A stretch of DNA of 64,000 nt from Candidatus Latescibacterota bacterium (GCA_020852055.1 JADZBP010000098.1:1262-65261), one strand, 5' to 3'. Positions 52,906 through 62,055 are shown, counted from the first letter of the stretch. The notes: generated by a model from the sequence alone, not told the origin. Numbers and translations are program-made.

Positions 52906-52934
52906 TTGACAGGTTCCAGTCCCGGCTGTATGAT
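52906..52934 (+). promoter_or_regulatory. consensus-like sigma70 promoter of the secretin operon
   Basis: TTGACA (52906-52911), a 17-nt spacer, then TATGAT (52929-52934). Confidence 0.7.
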
Positions 52935-52972
52935 GGGGCTGTTTCGCCCCCCTCCGAGGAGTGTTTTTGCCC

Positions 52973-55369
52973 ATGAGACGTGTATTGCCCTGGCTGCTGG
53001 GGCTGTGCTCTTGCATCGCCGCTGTCCAGGCCCAGGAGTCGGTGGGCACGGTGGTTTCGCCCTCCCGCTCGCTGACCAAGACCCGGGCGCTGCTCGACGC
53101 GGCCGACCTGCGGGTGCTCCTGCCGCTGGGGTACGCGGTCCAGCCCGAAGCCCCTGGCCTGCTGGCGGGGCGGCCCGGGGTGCTGGAGGCGCGGGTCTAC
53201 ACCCGTCAGCAGGGAGTCCTCGAACTGGCCATCGCCACCGGGGCTGCCGGCGGTTACGACTTTATCCTCTATGGCGGGCGCGATCCGGCCGGCCTGGAGG
53301 AGGTGCGCCCGCGTTTCGTCGCCCTGGTCCAGGGCAGCCGCAGCGCCATGCCGGAGGCGGTGGAGGTGGGCTACCAGATGTACGGCCTGGGGCATATCGA
53401 AGCCGACCGCGCCCTGGCCCTGCTCAAGGCCCTGGGGTACAGCAGCATCGAGTTTGAGGCCAAGGCCGCCGCCCCGGAAAGCTACGAGGAGATCTTTGGC
53501 CTGGTCGCCGGCAAAGACAGCCGGCTGCCGCTGGTGGTCAAGGTGGCCAACGCCTCTAAGACCAGCCTGCTGGCCGCCGACGCCAAGGGCAAGGCCGCCG
53601 CCCCGACGATGGGGGCGACCAAAGGCATCGAGGGGGCGCCACAGTTGGGCGGTTCCCACCTGCACGGCACCACCTCCGACGAGCCGCAGGAGCGGTTGCT
53701 GATCGTCTACGACCGCAACGACCCCGAGGCCCTGGAACGCCTGATCAACCTGCTGCAGACCCAGATCGACGTGGCGGCGCAGCAGATCGTCATCGAGGCG
53801 CTGGTGATCGAGGTCAATACCAACCAGTTGCGCGACCTGGGGGTGCAGCTCAACGGTTCGCAGGGTCACGTAAAGACCAGTTTCGAGACCTCGGACAAGG
53901 GTCTGGATCTGCCCTTCACCTTCCTCTTCTCCCGCGACACCTTCTCCGACTTTCTCTCCTTCAAGGGGCGGCTGGAGGCGCTGGCCGAGAGCGGCAACGC
54001 CAAGATCCTCTCCAGCCCCTCGGTGCTGGTGATCAACGACCGCCAGGCCCGCATCCAGGTGGGGCAGCAGATCCCGGTGGTGCGCTCCACCACCACGGTC
54101 TCGACCACCACCAGTTCAGTGGAGTACTTCCCCATCGGCATCGTGCTCAACCTCCGTCCCCGCATCAACCCGGAGGGCTCGGAGGTGACGATGCAGATCG
54201 AGACCATCATCAGCTCCATCTCCCAGACCAACGCCCAGAGTGGCAGCAGTTCGCAGGTGGCCTTTGCCCCGGTGGTGGACAACCGCCAGGTGGAGACCTT
54301 TGTGCGGGTGGCCGACGGCACCCCTTTCATCATCGGCGGGTTGCTGTCCACCGACCAGCAGGGCCGCAAGGTAGGCCTGCCGCTCCTTTCAAATATCCCC
54401 TTCCTGGGCGCCCTGTTTTCGCGCCAGCATTTCGAGCAGGGACGGCGCGAGGTGATCGTGGTCATCACCCCCCACATCGTGCCCCTCGAAGACAACAGCT
54501 TCAGCTACCTGATCCCCAAGGATTCCCAGCTTTTCGACCGCTTCGACACCCAGCTCTTCCGCAACGCCTACCGGGTGCGCGACGACGAGGTGTGGGATCT
54601 CAAGTTCATCCAGGAAAGCCCGGTCTTGCAGGATTTGCTGCGGCGGGTGCGCCAGGCCTGCCAGGTAGATCTGATGCTGCGGCAGGACGAGCGGGTCAGT
54701 CCCTTGTTGGAGGGCCGCATCCCCGGGGCGGAGGTGCTGGTCCGGCGCATGCTGCGCGACATCGTCGGCAAGCTGGAGTTCGACGACGAGGTGGATCTGG
54801 ACAAGGTCTTCTTCTTTGTGCCCGCCGGCGACACCGCGCAGCAGGATACTCAGGAGGACAAGACCCTCAGCGAGGTGCTGGACCCGGTGTTCAAAAACCC
54901 CGGCCACGCGCTGCTGCTCCGTTTCGAGGCGCAGACCACGCTGCGCCCGGGGCGTCCCTTCACCTATCCGGTGGCGGCGCTGCGCGACACCCTGGTTCCC
55001 GACCAGGAGGAGGAACGGGCAAACCTGCTGCGCAGCCTCAACCCGGTGGACCCGGAGGGCCGGCCCCGGCAGTGGACCATCCTGCTGGCCGGCCCCGACG
55101 ACGTGAAGCACCTGCGCCAGGTGCTGATCCTCAAACGCCTGCTCGAACTCAACAGCCGCCTGCCCCTGACCCTGCAGGCCTTCCACCCCGGACTGCAGAT
55201 CCTCTTTCCCAGCCGCGAGGACATGCGCAGCCGCTACCATCTGGTCGACCGGGAGGTGGCCCAGCTTTTCTACGAGACGTCGCCCAACCAGTACTATCCG
55301 GCCTTCGAGCGGAATTTCAACCTGAAGCTGCGCGAGGTGGAGAAGGTGTTGGGACGGAGGGGGAATTAG
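52973..55369 (+). CDS. secretin-family outer-membrane channel protein with long uncharacterised C-terminal extension
   Basis: I take the ATG at 52973 (TTG 52967 and GTG 52961 are alternatives). The signal peptide is MRRVLPWLLGLCSCIAAVQA. The secretin N-domain reads LLIVYDRNDPEALERLINLLQTQIDVAAQQIVIEALVIEV. The secretin core reads AKILSSPSVLVINDRQARIQVGQQIPV...PVVDNRQVETFVRVADGTPFIIGGLLS...GLPLLSNIPFLGALF...VVITPHIV. About 300 further residues have no motif I recognise. Confidence 0.88.
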   Translation: MRRVLPWLLGLCSCIAAVQAQESVGTVVSPSRSLTKTRALLDAADLRVLLPLGYAVQPEAPGLLAGRPGVLEARVYTRQQGVLELAIATGAAGGYDFILYGGRDPAGLEEVRPRFVALVQGSRSAMPEAVEVGYQMYGLGHIEADRALALLKALGYSSIEFEAKAAAPESYEEIFGLVAGKDSRLPLVVKVANASKTSLLAADAKGKAAAPTMGATKGIEGAPQLGGSHLHGTTSDEPQERLLIVYDRNDPEALERLINLLQTQIDVAAQQIVIEALVIEVNTNQLRDLGVQLNGSQGHVKTSFETSDKGLDLPFTFLFSRDTFSDFLSFKGRLEALAESGNAKILSSPSVLVINDRQARIQVGQQIPVVRSTTTVSTTTSSVEYFPIGIVLNLRPRINPEGSEVTMQIETIISSISQTNAQSGSSSQVAFAPVVDNRQVETFVRVADGTPFIIGGLLSTDQQGRKVGLPLLSNIPFLGALFSRQHFEQGRREVIVVITPHIVPLEDNSFSYLIPKDSQLFDRFDTQLFRNAYRVRDDEVWDLKFIQESPVLQDLLRRVRQACQVDLMLRQDERVSPLLEGRIPGAEVLVRRMLRDIVGKLEFDDEVDLDKVFFFVPAGDTAQQDTQEDKTLSEVLDPVFKNPGHALLLRFEAQTTLRPGRPFTYPVAALRDTLVPDQEEERANLLRSLNPVDPEGRPRQWTILLAGPDDVKHLRQVLILKRLLELNSRLPLTLQAFHPGLQILFPSREDMRSRYHLVDREVAQLFYETSPNQYYPAFERNFNLKLREVEKVLGRRGN

Positions 55370-55372
55370 ACG

Positions 55373-55810
55373 ATGAATACGAGATGCCTGCTGCTGGCCG
55401 CCCTGCTGCTGGCCGGCTGCGACGAACCAGACAAGGCCGTGACCCGGGCCACTGCGGACGGCCGCTTGTCCCTGTCGCTGGAGGCCGAAAAAAACTGGCT
55501 GCACCCCGGCGAGATCCTGCCGGTGCGGGTGCGGGTGGAGAGCTTGGCCGGCCCGCTGGCGCACGGGCTGGTGGACACCCTCAAGTTCGTGGCCAACAAC
55601 GGCACCCTGGCCCCCGCACTGCTGGTGGTGGCTTTTGCCGGCACCGCCGACAGCGCCGCCGTCGGGGTGGAGCGGGTATACGAGAACTGGATCTATTTCG
55701 CCGCCTCCGCCCGGGCCACGCCGCAGAACCAGGGGGAGATCAACGCCCTCTTCCAGGACAGCCAGGCCCTGCTCAAGATCCGCATCACCCCGCCGGCCGA
55801 GTCGCTGTAA
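55373..55810 (+). CDS. small lipoprotein of unknown function (candidate secretin partner/pilotin)
   Basis: 145 aa, starting 3 nt after the secretin stop. It has a lipobox (LLLAGCDEP). I see no recognisable family. Confidence 0.7.
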   Translation: MNTRCLLLAALLLAGCDEPDKAVTRATADGRLSLSLEAEKNWLHPGEILPVRVRVESLAGPLAHGLVDTLKFVANNGTLAPALLVVAFAGTADSAAVGVERVYENWIYFAASARATPQNQGEINALFQDSQALLKIRITPPAESL

Positions 55811-56040
55811 GCCGCCCTTCTTCCACCCGGAGGAACTGACCAACCCTTCCGCATCAGCTGGCCTGCCTGCGCTTGCTCAGATACGCGTTAGTTGTGCCAG
55901 TCTGCAATCCTGTCTGGGCCGGCTGCCGAGCGGTATCCACTTCTCGTAAAAAAAGATGCCCCTCGTTTTTAATTTTCTCTCTCTCCCTGCATCTATACTA
56001 CCAGAAACGATAAGCAACCCCTGAACTGTCTGAGGCAGTA

Positions 56041-57891
56041 ATGGCTGTCCTTCCCGCAGAAGAAAGCCAGTTGGTCCTGTGGTGCCGCGAAGGCCGGGCT
56101 GAGGCTTTTGGACCGCTGGTGCGGCGCTACCAGAACGCGGCCTATGCTATTGCCTGGGGTTATGTGCGCAACCGCCAGGATGCCCAGGATCTCGTCCAGG
56201 AGGCCTTCATCGCCGCGTACTGCAAGCTGGGGCAGCTTCACCAGCCCGCCAAGTTTGGCAGTTGGCTCTACAGTATCGTGACCAGCCGCTGCAAGGAATG
56301 GCTCCGGCAGCGAAGGCGGATCTCCGGCAGTGTACACTCCCTGGAGACTGCTGATCAAGAATTGGCCCGGATTGCTCAAGTCGAGCAGGCGCGCTGCACC
56401 CTAAAAGAAGAGCTATGGGACAGCGTGGGCCGGCTTCCCGAACAATTCCGCACGGTCGTGCTGCTACACTACCTGAGTGGCTTGTCCTATGCAGAGATCA
56501 GCACCTTTCTGGAACTTCCCGTTTCGACGATTGTCGGCCGGCTGCAACAGAGCCGGATACGCCTGCGAGAAGCCCTTTTACCCGACGAATTGGAGGCCAT
56601 CGATATGAGCAAGGTGGATGTCAGCGTCCAAGTACAGGAGGCGGTGTACCAGATCGCCGTCGAGCCCGTAACACTGAGAATCCCACTGGCGAGAACACGG
56701 CGGCTGGTACTCTACTGCGGCCTGGATGTAGAGGTCGAGATCCGGCAGGCTGAAGGGGATGAGGTTCTGCTGGAGGGCACCAAGGCGGCCATCGGCGCCT
56801 CGCCGGAGGCCGCCAGGGCCAGTGCCGAAGGGATCGAGATCCTGTATGACCAGGTGGCAGATTTCGTAGAGGCTGGCCCCCACGCGGGAGAAGAATTTAC
56901 AGGGACCGACAACCAGGACAGCCGGCCTGTGGCGGGAATTGCCCCCACCGCAGACATCTGGAGCCAGTACCGACAGAATACAGGATGGCGGATCGATCGC
57001 GGTGCCGATACCATCGCGCTGTATCCCTTTATGGAGGATGTGTTGGAGGTCCTGCCGGCCCGGTTGTCTCCCGATCTGCAGCAGGTGACCCGGATTTCCG
57101 TGATTCGGAAAGTAGCAGAGGATATCATCCTACCTCGCGCAGCCTACACCCCCGAGATCCAGAAGGTGTTCAACCCCAACAACACCAGCGATGAACGAAT
57201 GCACGGGCCGGTGGGGTACCTCCACCTGACCCTTTCCATTCCCCCCGGCAGTACTCTGACCCTGGTCGGGGGCAAGAAGGTTCGCATCCACGACCTGCGC
57301 GCCTCCATCAACCTGATCTCATCGGGTGTCGAAGAATTAGCCCATCTTGAAGGAAACATCCGCTTATTAAATACCAACTTCAAAACCGCGAGCGATCTCA
57401 AGGGCAGCTTCTACCAGCGGTTCCACAGCTACTCCGGCACCAGTTGGGCTGGCTACCAAGCTAGTCGCTCAGAGACCTGGAGTTCTAAGATCGAAAAGGT
57501 CCAGGGAGAAGTGGAAATCGATGTGGGCAAGGTGGAGCTTGAGGTGGCTCACTTGAGTGGCAAGGTGTCTATCCGCAACCGCCACGGCAACACCCGCCTG
57601 TACCAGGGCCAGCTTCGACAGGAGGATCGTATCCACCTGGAGTCTTGCTCTGGGGAGATACGCCTGTTCTTACAAGAAGACCTCATCCCCCAAGCAAGTC
57701 TGATGGCCACCACCCTTTGTGGGGCAGTCAGATATGATAGCCTGCGGGATCTGGACGGCTTCAAGCAGGGAAACACGCTGCAGTTGATTGCCTTTGGAGT
57801 GCCCGCCGGGTTGTCCTGGGAGGAGTTGCACGATGCCAATTTCCATCTCAAGACCGAGAGCGGGGATATCACTATCGAAAAGACGAAGTGA
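56041..57891 (+). CDS. ECF (group IV) sigma-70 factor fused to an about 430-aa C-terminal DUF4097-like beta-helix domain, no TM segment
   Basis: Region 2 reads FGPLVRRYQNAAYAIAWGYVRNRQDAQDLVQEAFIAAY...SWLYSIVTSRCKEWLR. Region 4 reads LPEQFRTVVLLHYLSGLSYAEISTFLELPVSTIVGRLQQSRIRLREAL. The C-terminus carries repeated SG.[IV].[IL] strands (SGKVSI, SGEIRL, SGDITI), as in DUF4097/putative-adhesin domains. Confidence 0.85.
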   Translation: MAVLPAEESQLVLWCREGRAEAFGPLVRRYQNAAYAIAWGYVRNRQDAQDLVQEAFIAAYCKLGQLHQPAKFGSWLYSIVTSRCKEWLRQRRRISGSVHSLETADQELARIAQVEQARCTLKEELWDSVGRLPEQFRTVVLLHYLSGLSYAEISTFLELPVSTIVGRLQQSRIRLREALLPDELEAIDMSKVDVSVQVQEAVYQIAVEPVTLRIPLARTRRLVLYCGLDVEVEIRQAEGDEVLLEGTKAAIGASPEAARASAEGIEILYDQVADFVEAGPHAGEEFTGTDNQDSRPVAGIAPTADIWSQYRQNTGWRIDRGADTIALYPFMEDVLEVLPARLSPDLQQVTRISVIRKVAEDIILPRAAYTPEIQKVFNPNNTSDERMHGPVGYLHLTLSIPPGSTLTLVGGKKVRIHDLRASINLISSGVEELAHLEGNIRLLNTNFKTASDLKGSFYQRFHSYSGTSWAGYQASRSETWSSKIEKVQGEVEIDVGKVELEVAHLSGKVSIRNRHGNTRLYQGQLRQEDRIHLESCSGEIRLFLQEDLIPQASLMATTLCGAVRYDSLRDLDGFKQGNTLQLIAFGVPAGLSWEELHDANFHLKTESGDITIEKTK

Positions 57892-57974
57892 GTCCCTTGG
57901 AGTGTTGTAGAGTGGCTTGGGGTATGGAACAGCTGGAAACCGGGTAGACCGACAGAGGGACGAGTGTGTCCAAA

Positions 57975-58012
57975 CCCCGCCGTCGGTAGCTCGACGGGGG
58001 GGTTTCTTTTTT
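57975..58012 (+). terminator. intrinsic terminator after the ECF-fusion gene
   Basis: The stem ccccgccgtcg / cgacggggggg has one mismatch and is followed by TTTCTTTTTT. Confidence 0.8.
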
Positions 58013-58101
58013 CACTGAACCTTGGTGCAGCGGCTAGTGTCGTACAAGTAGGGGTTCCACTATGGGTTTTGTCGAGCCTCCACTTCAGCAAGGAGACGTA
58101 T

Positions 58102-60543
58102 ATGGCTAGGTGGTCTAATCGGGCGTGGTGGAGCGCGATGCTGTGGTGTATCTCTTCGGGACTGACCTCGCCCGCTCTTGCAGAGGAAGGAATGGTACCC
58201 AGGAGGACCATGTCGGCGGTGCGCGTGAATCCCACTCCTCCCAAGATCGATGGCGTGCTGGATGACGGGGTGTGGCAGTACGCACCCCGCTTCGGCGGTT
58301 TTACCCAGCGCATTCCTGACGAAGGGAAGCCGGCCACCGACTCCACCAGTGTCCAGTTCGTCTATGACGACAAAGCGCTTTACGCCGCGATCATGTGTTA
58401 CGATAAGGAACCGGGCAAGATTGCCACTCGGCTAGCTCGTAGAGATCAGTTTCCCTACAGCACTGACTGGGTTCACCTGAGTATCGACTCCAACCTCGAC
58501 CGTCAGACAGCCTATTCCTTCTTTTTAACCGCAGCCGGGGGGCTGCTGGACGGTTACTACTACAACGACGATTTGCAGGACTGGACCTGGGACGGGGTGT
58601 GGGAAGGACGCGCACACATCGGTGACCAGGGCTGGAATGCGGAGTTCAAAATCCCCTTCAGCATCCTGCGTTTCAGCCCCCAGGAAGAAAACGTCATGGG
58701 GGTCAATGTGGACCGCTTCACTACTCGCAGGAAGGAGAACGTTTTCTGGGCGTTTATCCCCGAAAAAGAGAAGGGATGGGTCTCTCGCTTTGGTGACCTG
58801 AGGGGGATCAAAGGCATTTCCCCGCCTAAGGCTCGGGAAATCCTACCCTATGCAATAGCCCGTTCTACCTTCGAGCCCAAGAACCCCTCGAACCCCAATG
58901 GCCGGGGCTCCTTCACCAACCTGGGTGTGGACATGCGTTATGGGTTGGCCTCCAACCTCTCTCTGAACGCTACCCTCAACCCAGACTTCGGGCAAGTGGA
59001 AGCAGACCCGGAAGTGCTAAACTTGTCGGTGTTCGAGACTTTCTACGAAGAACGCCGGCCATTTTTCGTGGAAGGCAATCAACTTTTCCAGACGCCTTTC
59101 CAGCTTTTTTATTCGCGGCGGATCGGCCGGCAGCCTGGGCGCATTGGCCTCCCTATAGGGTATACGGAGATCAGTAGGCCGGAATATACCAGTATCCTGG
59201 GGGCAGCCAAGCTGACGGGTAAGAGCGCGGGTAAGACCAGTTTTGGGTTGATCGAGGCGATCACTGGCGAGGAGCACGCCACCGGTCAGGCCGTGGGTCT
59301 GGGTGTGGATCGCCTCCTGGTGGAGCCCCGGACCAACTATCTGGTGGCCCGGTTACAACAAGATTTGCTCAAGGGGAACTCCAATATCGGGGTGCTGGCC
59401 ACGGCCACCAACCGCGCCCGTTCCGGGACCGCTTATGCCGGTGGAGTGGACTGGAACCTGTTTTGGCGCGAGAACACCTACCAAGTAGCCGGCCAGGTGG
59501 CTGGTAGTCGAACTGCGGATTTCGGGAAAAGCCACAGCGGGTATGCAGTACAGGCCGAACTGGGCAGGCCGGCAGGCCTAGTGCAGGGCAACCTCCGGTA
59601 CGAGGCGTTATCGCCGGGCTTCAATATCAATGACCTGGGTTTTGTTTCCCGTGTAGGCACCCAGACCCTACAGGTCTGGTTAGGTCCGAGGCAATACCAG
59701 CCCTGGGGACCCTTTCGCGAGCGGTACCTCGATGTGGACGCGAATCTAAGCTGGAATTACGACCACCTTGTATATAAGAAAGAACTGAGCATCAGTCCTT
59801 CTTTCGCGCTGAAGAACTACTGGTCCATCTGGGGTGGAATGTCTCACAAGTTCCAAACTTTGGACGACCTGGATACCCGAGGTGGGCCACCCATTGAGCA
59901 GCCTGCCAGTACCAGTACCTGGTTTGGTGTGCAAAGCGATAGACGCAAGCCCCTCGGCGGACAGTTTCGATTCAATTGGGCGCGCAATACGGAGGGCAGC
60001 ACTCGGCACTCGGTGAGCATAGAGGCCGAGGCGCGGCCTTCGACCCGGGTAGAACTGAGCCTTCAGCCAGGCTATACCTGGAATGACAACGATGCCCAAT
60101 GGGTGACGAACGTGGATGACGGCGACGACGGCACCCAGGACCACTTTGTCTACGGGGAGCTAAAGAGCCAGGTGTTTGAGGTGACAGGTCGCTGTAGTTG
60201 GGTTTTTGCCCGCGATCTGACCCTGCAGTTCTACCTACAGCCCTTCGTGGCCGTGGGAGACTATGGAAATATCAAGGAATTGGCCAGGGCCAAAAGCTAT
60301 GAGTTCACGCCCTACTCAGGCCTAACCAGCAACCCTAACTTCCGCCAGCGGTCGTTGCGCAGCAACCTGGTGTTGCGCTGGGAGTATCGGCCAGGGAGCA
60401 CCCTCTTTATGGTCTGGTCGCAGTCCCGGCAGGCCAGTGCCCAGGAGCCGGATCTGCGGCCCTATGCCAACTTGCGGAAAAGTTTTGCCGACGAGGGGAC
60501 GAATCTATTTCTGATGAAGCTGAACTACTGGATGAACATCTAA
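58102..60543 (+). CDS. CBM9-like + DUF5916-type outer-membrane protein
   Basis: The ATG at 58102 sits behind AAGGAG and gives a signal peptide (WWSAMLWCISSGLTSPALA). The N-terminal carbohydrate-binding-family-9-like pattern reads PPKIDGVLDDGVWQYAP...YDDKALYAAIMCYD...DWVHLSIDSNLDRQTAYSFF...GWNAEFKIPFSILRF. A long beta-rich C-terminus ends in an aromatic-rich terminal strand (KLNYWMNI). Confidence 0.75.
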   Translation: MARWSNRAWWSAMLWCISSGLTSPALAEEGMVPRRTMSAVRVNPTPPKIDGVLDDGVWQYAPRFGGFTQRIPDEGKPATDSTSVQFVYDDKALYAAIMCYDKEPGKIATRLARRDQFPYSTDWVHLSIDSNLDRQTAYSFFLTAAGGLLDGYYYNDDLQDWTWDGVWEGRAHIGDQGWNAEFKIPFSILRFSPQEENVMGVNVDRFTTRRKENVFWAFIPEKEKGWVSRFGDLRGIKGISPPKAREILPYAIARSTFEPKNPSNPNGRGSFTNLGVDMRYGLASNLSLNATLNPDFGQVEADPEVLNLSVFETFYEERRPFFVEGNQLFQTPFQLFYSRRIGRQPGRIGLPIGYTEISRPEYTSILGAAKLTGKSAGKTSFGLIEAITGEEHATGQAVGLGVDRLLVEPRTNYLVARLQQDLLKGNSNIGVLATATNRARSGTAYAGGVDWNLFWRENTYQVAGQVAGSRTADFGKSHSGYAVQAELGRPAGLVQGNLRYEALSPGFNINDLGFVSRVGTQTLQVWLGPRQYQPWGPFRERYLDVDANLSWNYDHLVYKKELSISPSFALKNYWSIWGGMSHKFQTLDDLDTRGGPPIEQPASTSTWFGVQSDRRKPLGGQFRFNWARNTEGSTRHSVSIEAEARPSTRVELSLQPGYTWNDNDAQWVTNVDDGDDGTQDHFVYGELKSQVFEVTGRCSWVFARDLTLQFYLQPFVAVGDYGNIKELARAKSYEFTPYSGLTSNPNFRQRSLRSNLVLRWEYRPGSTLFMVWSQSRQASAQEPDLRPYANLRKSFADEGTNLFLMKLNYWMNI

Positions 60544-60723
60544 CCCTTTTCTCTGCGGAAAGTCTATGGACACCAGTTTTCGCGCTGAGATCCGGAGATG
60601 TCTGACGGAGACCGGGAGCCTTTATGCGCTGATCCTAGTCTTGGTCGGGCTGTACTTCCTGCTCGGGAATGCACAGGTACTATTCTCCTGCAACCCGACT
60701 TTCTCTAAAAACTCAGCGTTATA

Positions 60724-61854
60724 CCAATTGCCACACTTGGTGTCATAAAATCTGAATCAGAGTTCATCGAGCGAATCACAAATCCACTGCCATCCAGCTA
60801 GCGATCTGACTTGATCTGGATTAGCCGCCAGTAGCCGTAGTTCATGCTCAACCACTGCCATCTTGGCGGTCAGCGTGCCATAGACTTTTCCTTCGACGGT
60901 CGCACGCAGATGTTCGAAGATGCGTTCTGCGGGATTCAACTCTGGGGAATGCGGCGGTTGTTCGATGCGCTTGACCTTCAGCCCGGTATAGGCCTCTCCA
61001 CGGTGGCCTCGCCCGCGATCCCAGACCAGTGTGCGTAGCCCGTGGCGTGCCCAGTTTCGGACTACCGGCGCCAACGTCACGCCTTTCAGGTTGGGGACCC
61101 AGGACCAACGTAGGGTCCCCCGCAAGGGATTGACCGTCAGCGCCAGGTACTGCCATTGATGGGTATACTCCAAATGGTTGGACAACTTTCACCCCGCGCG
61201 GTGCCCACACCCGACGCACTTGCCCGATCAGTCCCACCCGCATCTCATCCGCCCAGGCAATTCCCTGCACGGTGGTTACCCCCGCTGCTTGTAGCGCCCT
61301 GGTCAGGCCCCTTTTTTCCAGGCTCGTTGCTGGGTGCGGGAAGCCTTGGGATTACAGGATCGAGGCACCTTCTTCTTCAATTGAAGCCGTGCAAACACCC
61401 AGCGCATACCCCAATAGGTATAGGACACCCCCTCGGCGGCAGCCCAATGCACCCCATCCCAAACCGAACGGATTTCACCAGCGGCGGCTTTGGCAGTCAA
61501 GGCCGTTTCCTGGGTCGGACTCAAACGCCGGGCAGAGCAGCCATGACCGCCAACCGAATGCTTACCGACTTCTGCCAAGCCTCCTTTCCGATACCAACTT
61601 ACCCAGCGATGGAGCGTGCGGTAGCTCCGCCCCACAGTATCTGCCACTTCGCTCAACCCTTTACCCTGACGCAAAAGCATCAATGCCTGCAACCGGCTTC
61701 GTCGATGGTGGTCCCGTTCGCGACTATAATGCAGAGCTAGTTGCTTCCTACTATGCCGCCACGAGATGACCAAGGACCGTCCCATCAGTGCTGCCTCCTG
61801 AATTCTGCATACTCTCCCCGGAGCATAATTCATGACAGCAAAGATGACAATTGG
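60724..61854 (-). mobile_element. IS630-family insertion sequence (1131 bp) flanked by TA
   Basis: The imperfect terminal inverted repeats start CCAATTGCCACACTTGGTGTCAT (left, 60724 onward) and CCAATTGTCATCTTTGCTGTCAT (reverse complement of the right end, 61854 downward). TA lies immediately outside both ends (60722-23 and 61855-56). The interior encodes an IS630-type transposase. Confidence 0.85.
60757..61785 (-). pseudogene. IS630-family DDE transposase, reading frame interrupted twice
   Basis: The protein is spread over three ORFs. The N-terminal HTH ORF (61303-61833; MGRSLVISW... probably starts at 61785) comes first. A middle frame follows (...GIAWADEMRVGLIGQVRRVWAPRGVKVV). The C-terminal DDE part is last (YLALTVNPLRG...LVWDRGRGHRG...PPHSPELNPAERIF). 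The first shift coincides with A-AAA-AAG (61311-61317). The second, near 61185-61195, restores the original frame. Confidence 0.8.
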
Positions 61855-61963
61855 TACTAGCTGGTCCGTCGCTGAAATATGGCCGTATCCCTTGACGTCC
61901 TCGAAGCCCTCAAAACGGGACGCCGTAAATCAGGTAGGTGTAAACCTTAGGCCAATAGCCCAA

Positions 61964-61996
61964 AGCCGACTCTTTATGTGCAAGAGCCGGCTTTTC
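61964..61996 (+). terminator. terminator-like hairpin just right of the IS
   Basis: The stem agccgactctt / aagagccggct has one mismatch and is followed by TTTTCT. It probably served the DUF5916 transcription unit before the IS inserted. Confidence 0.5.
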
Positions 61997-62055
61997 TATG
62001 GTCTCCTCCTGAGATATATTAGCTTCTACAGCACTGCTTCTCCAAAGGAGGGGGG

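Noticed and set aside
58016-58045. An ECF-type promoter TGAAC-N20-CGTA upstream of the DUF5916 gene.
   Set aside because: The spacer is about 3 nt longer than in canonical ECF promoters, and no second copy exists upstream of the ECF gene itself. I mention it in a finding but do not annotate it as a feature.
55993-58346. Minus-strand ORFs 55993-56379 and 57549-58346 inside the low-GC island.
   Set aside because: They are antisense to the ECF-fusion and DUF5916 genes. They have no motifs and their composition is typical of shadow frames.
60566-60748. A 60-aa ORF with one hydrophobic helix (LYALILVLVGLYFLLG) downstream of the DUF5916 gene.
   Set aside because: Its last codons run into the IS630 terminal repeat. 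It has no convincing RBS and no recognisable family. It might be a small membrane protein (53 aa in the pre-insertion sequence), but the evidence is too thin.
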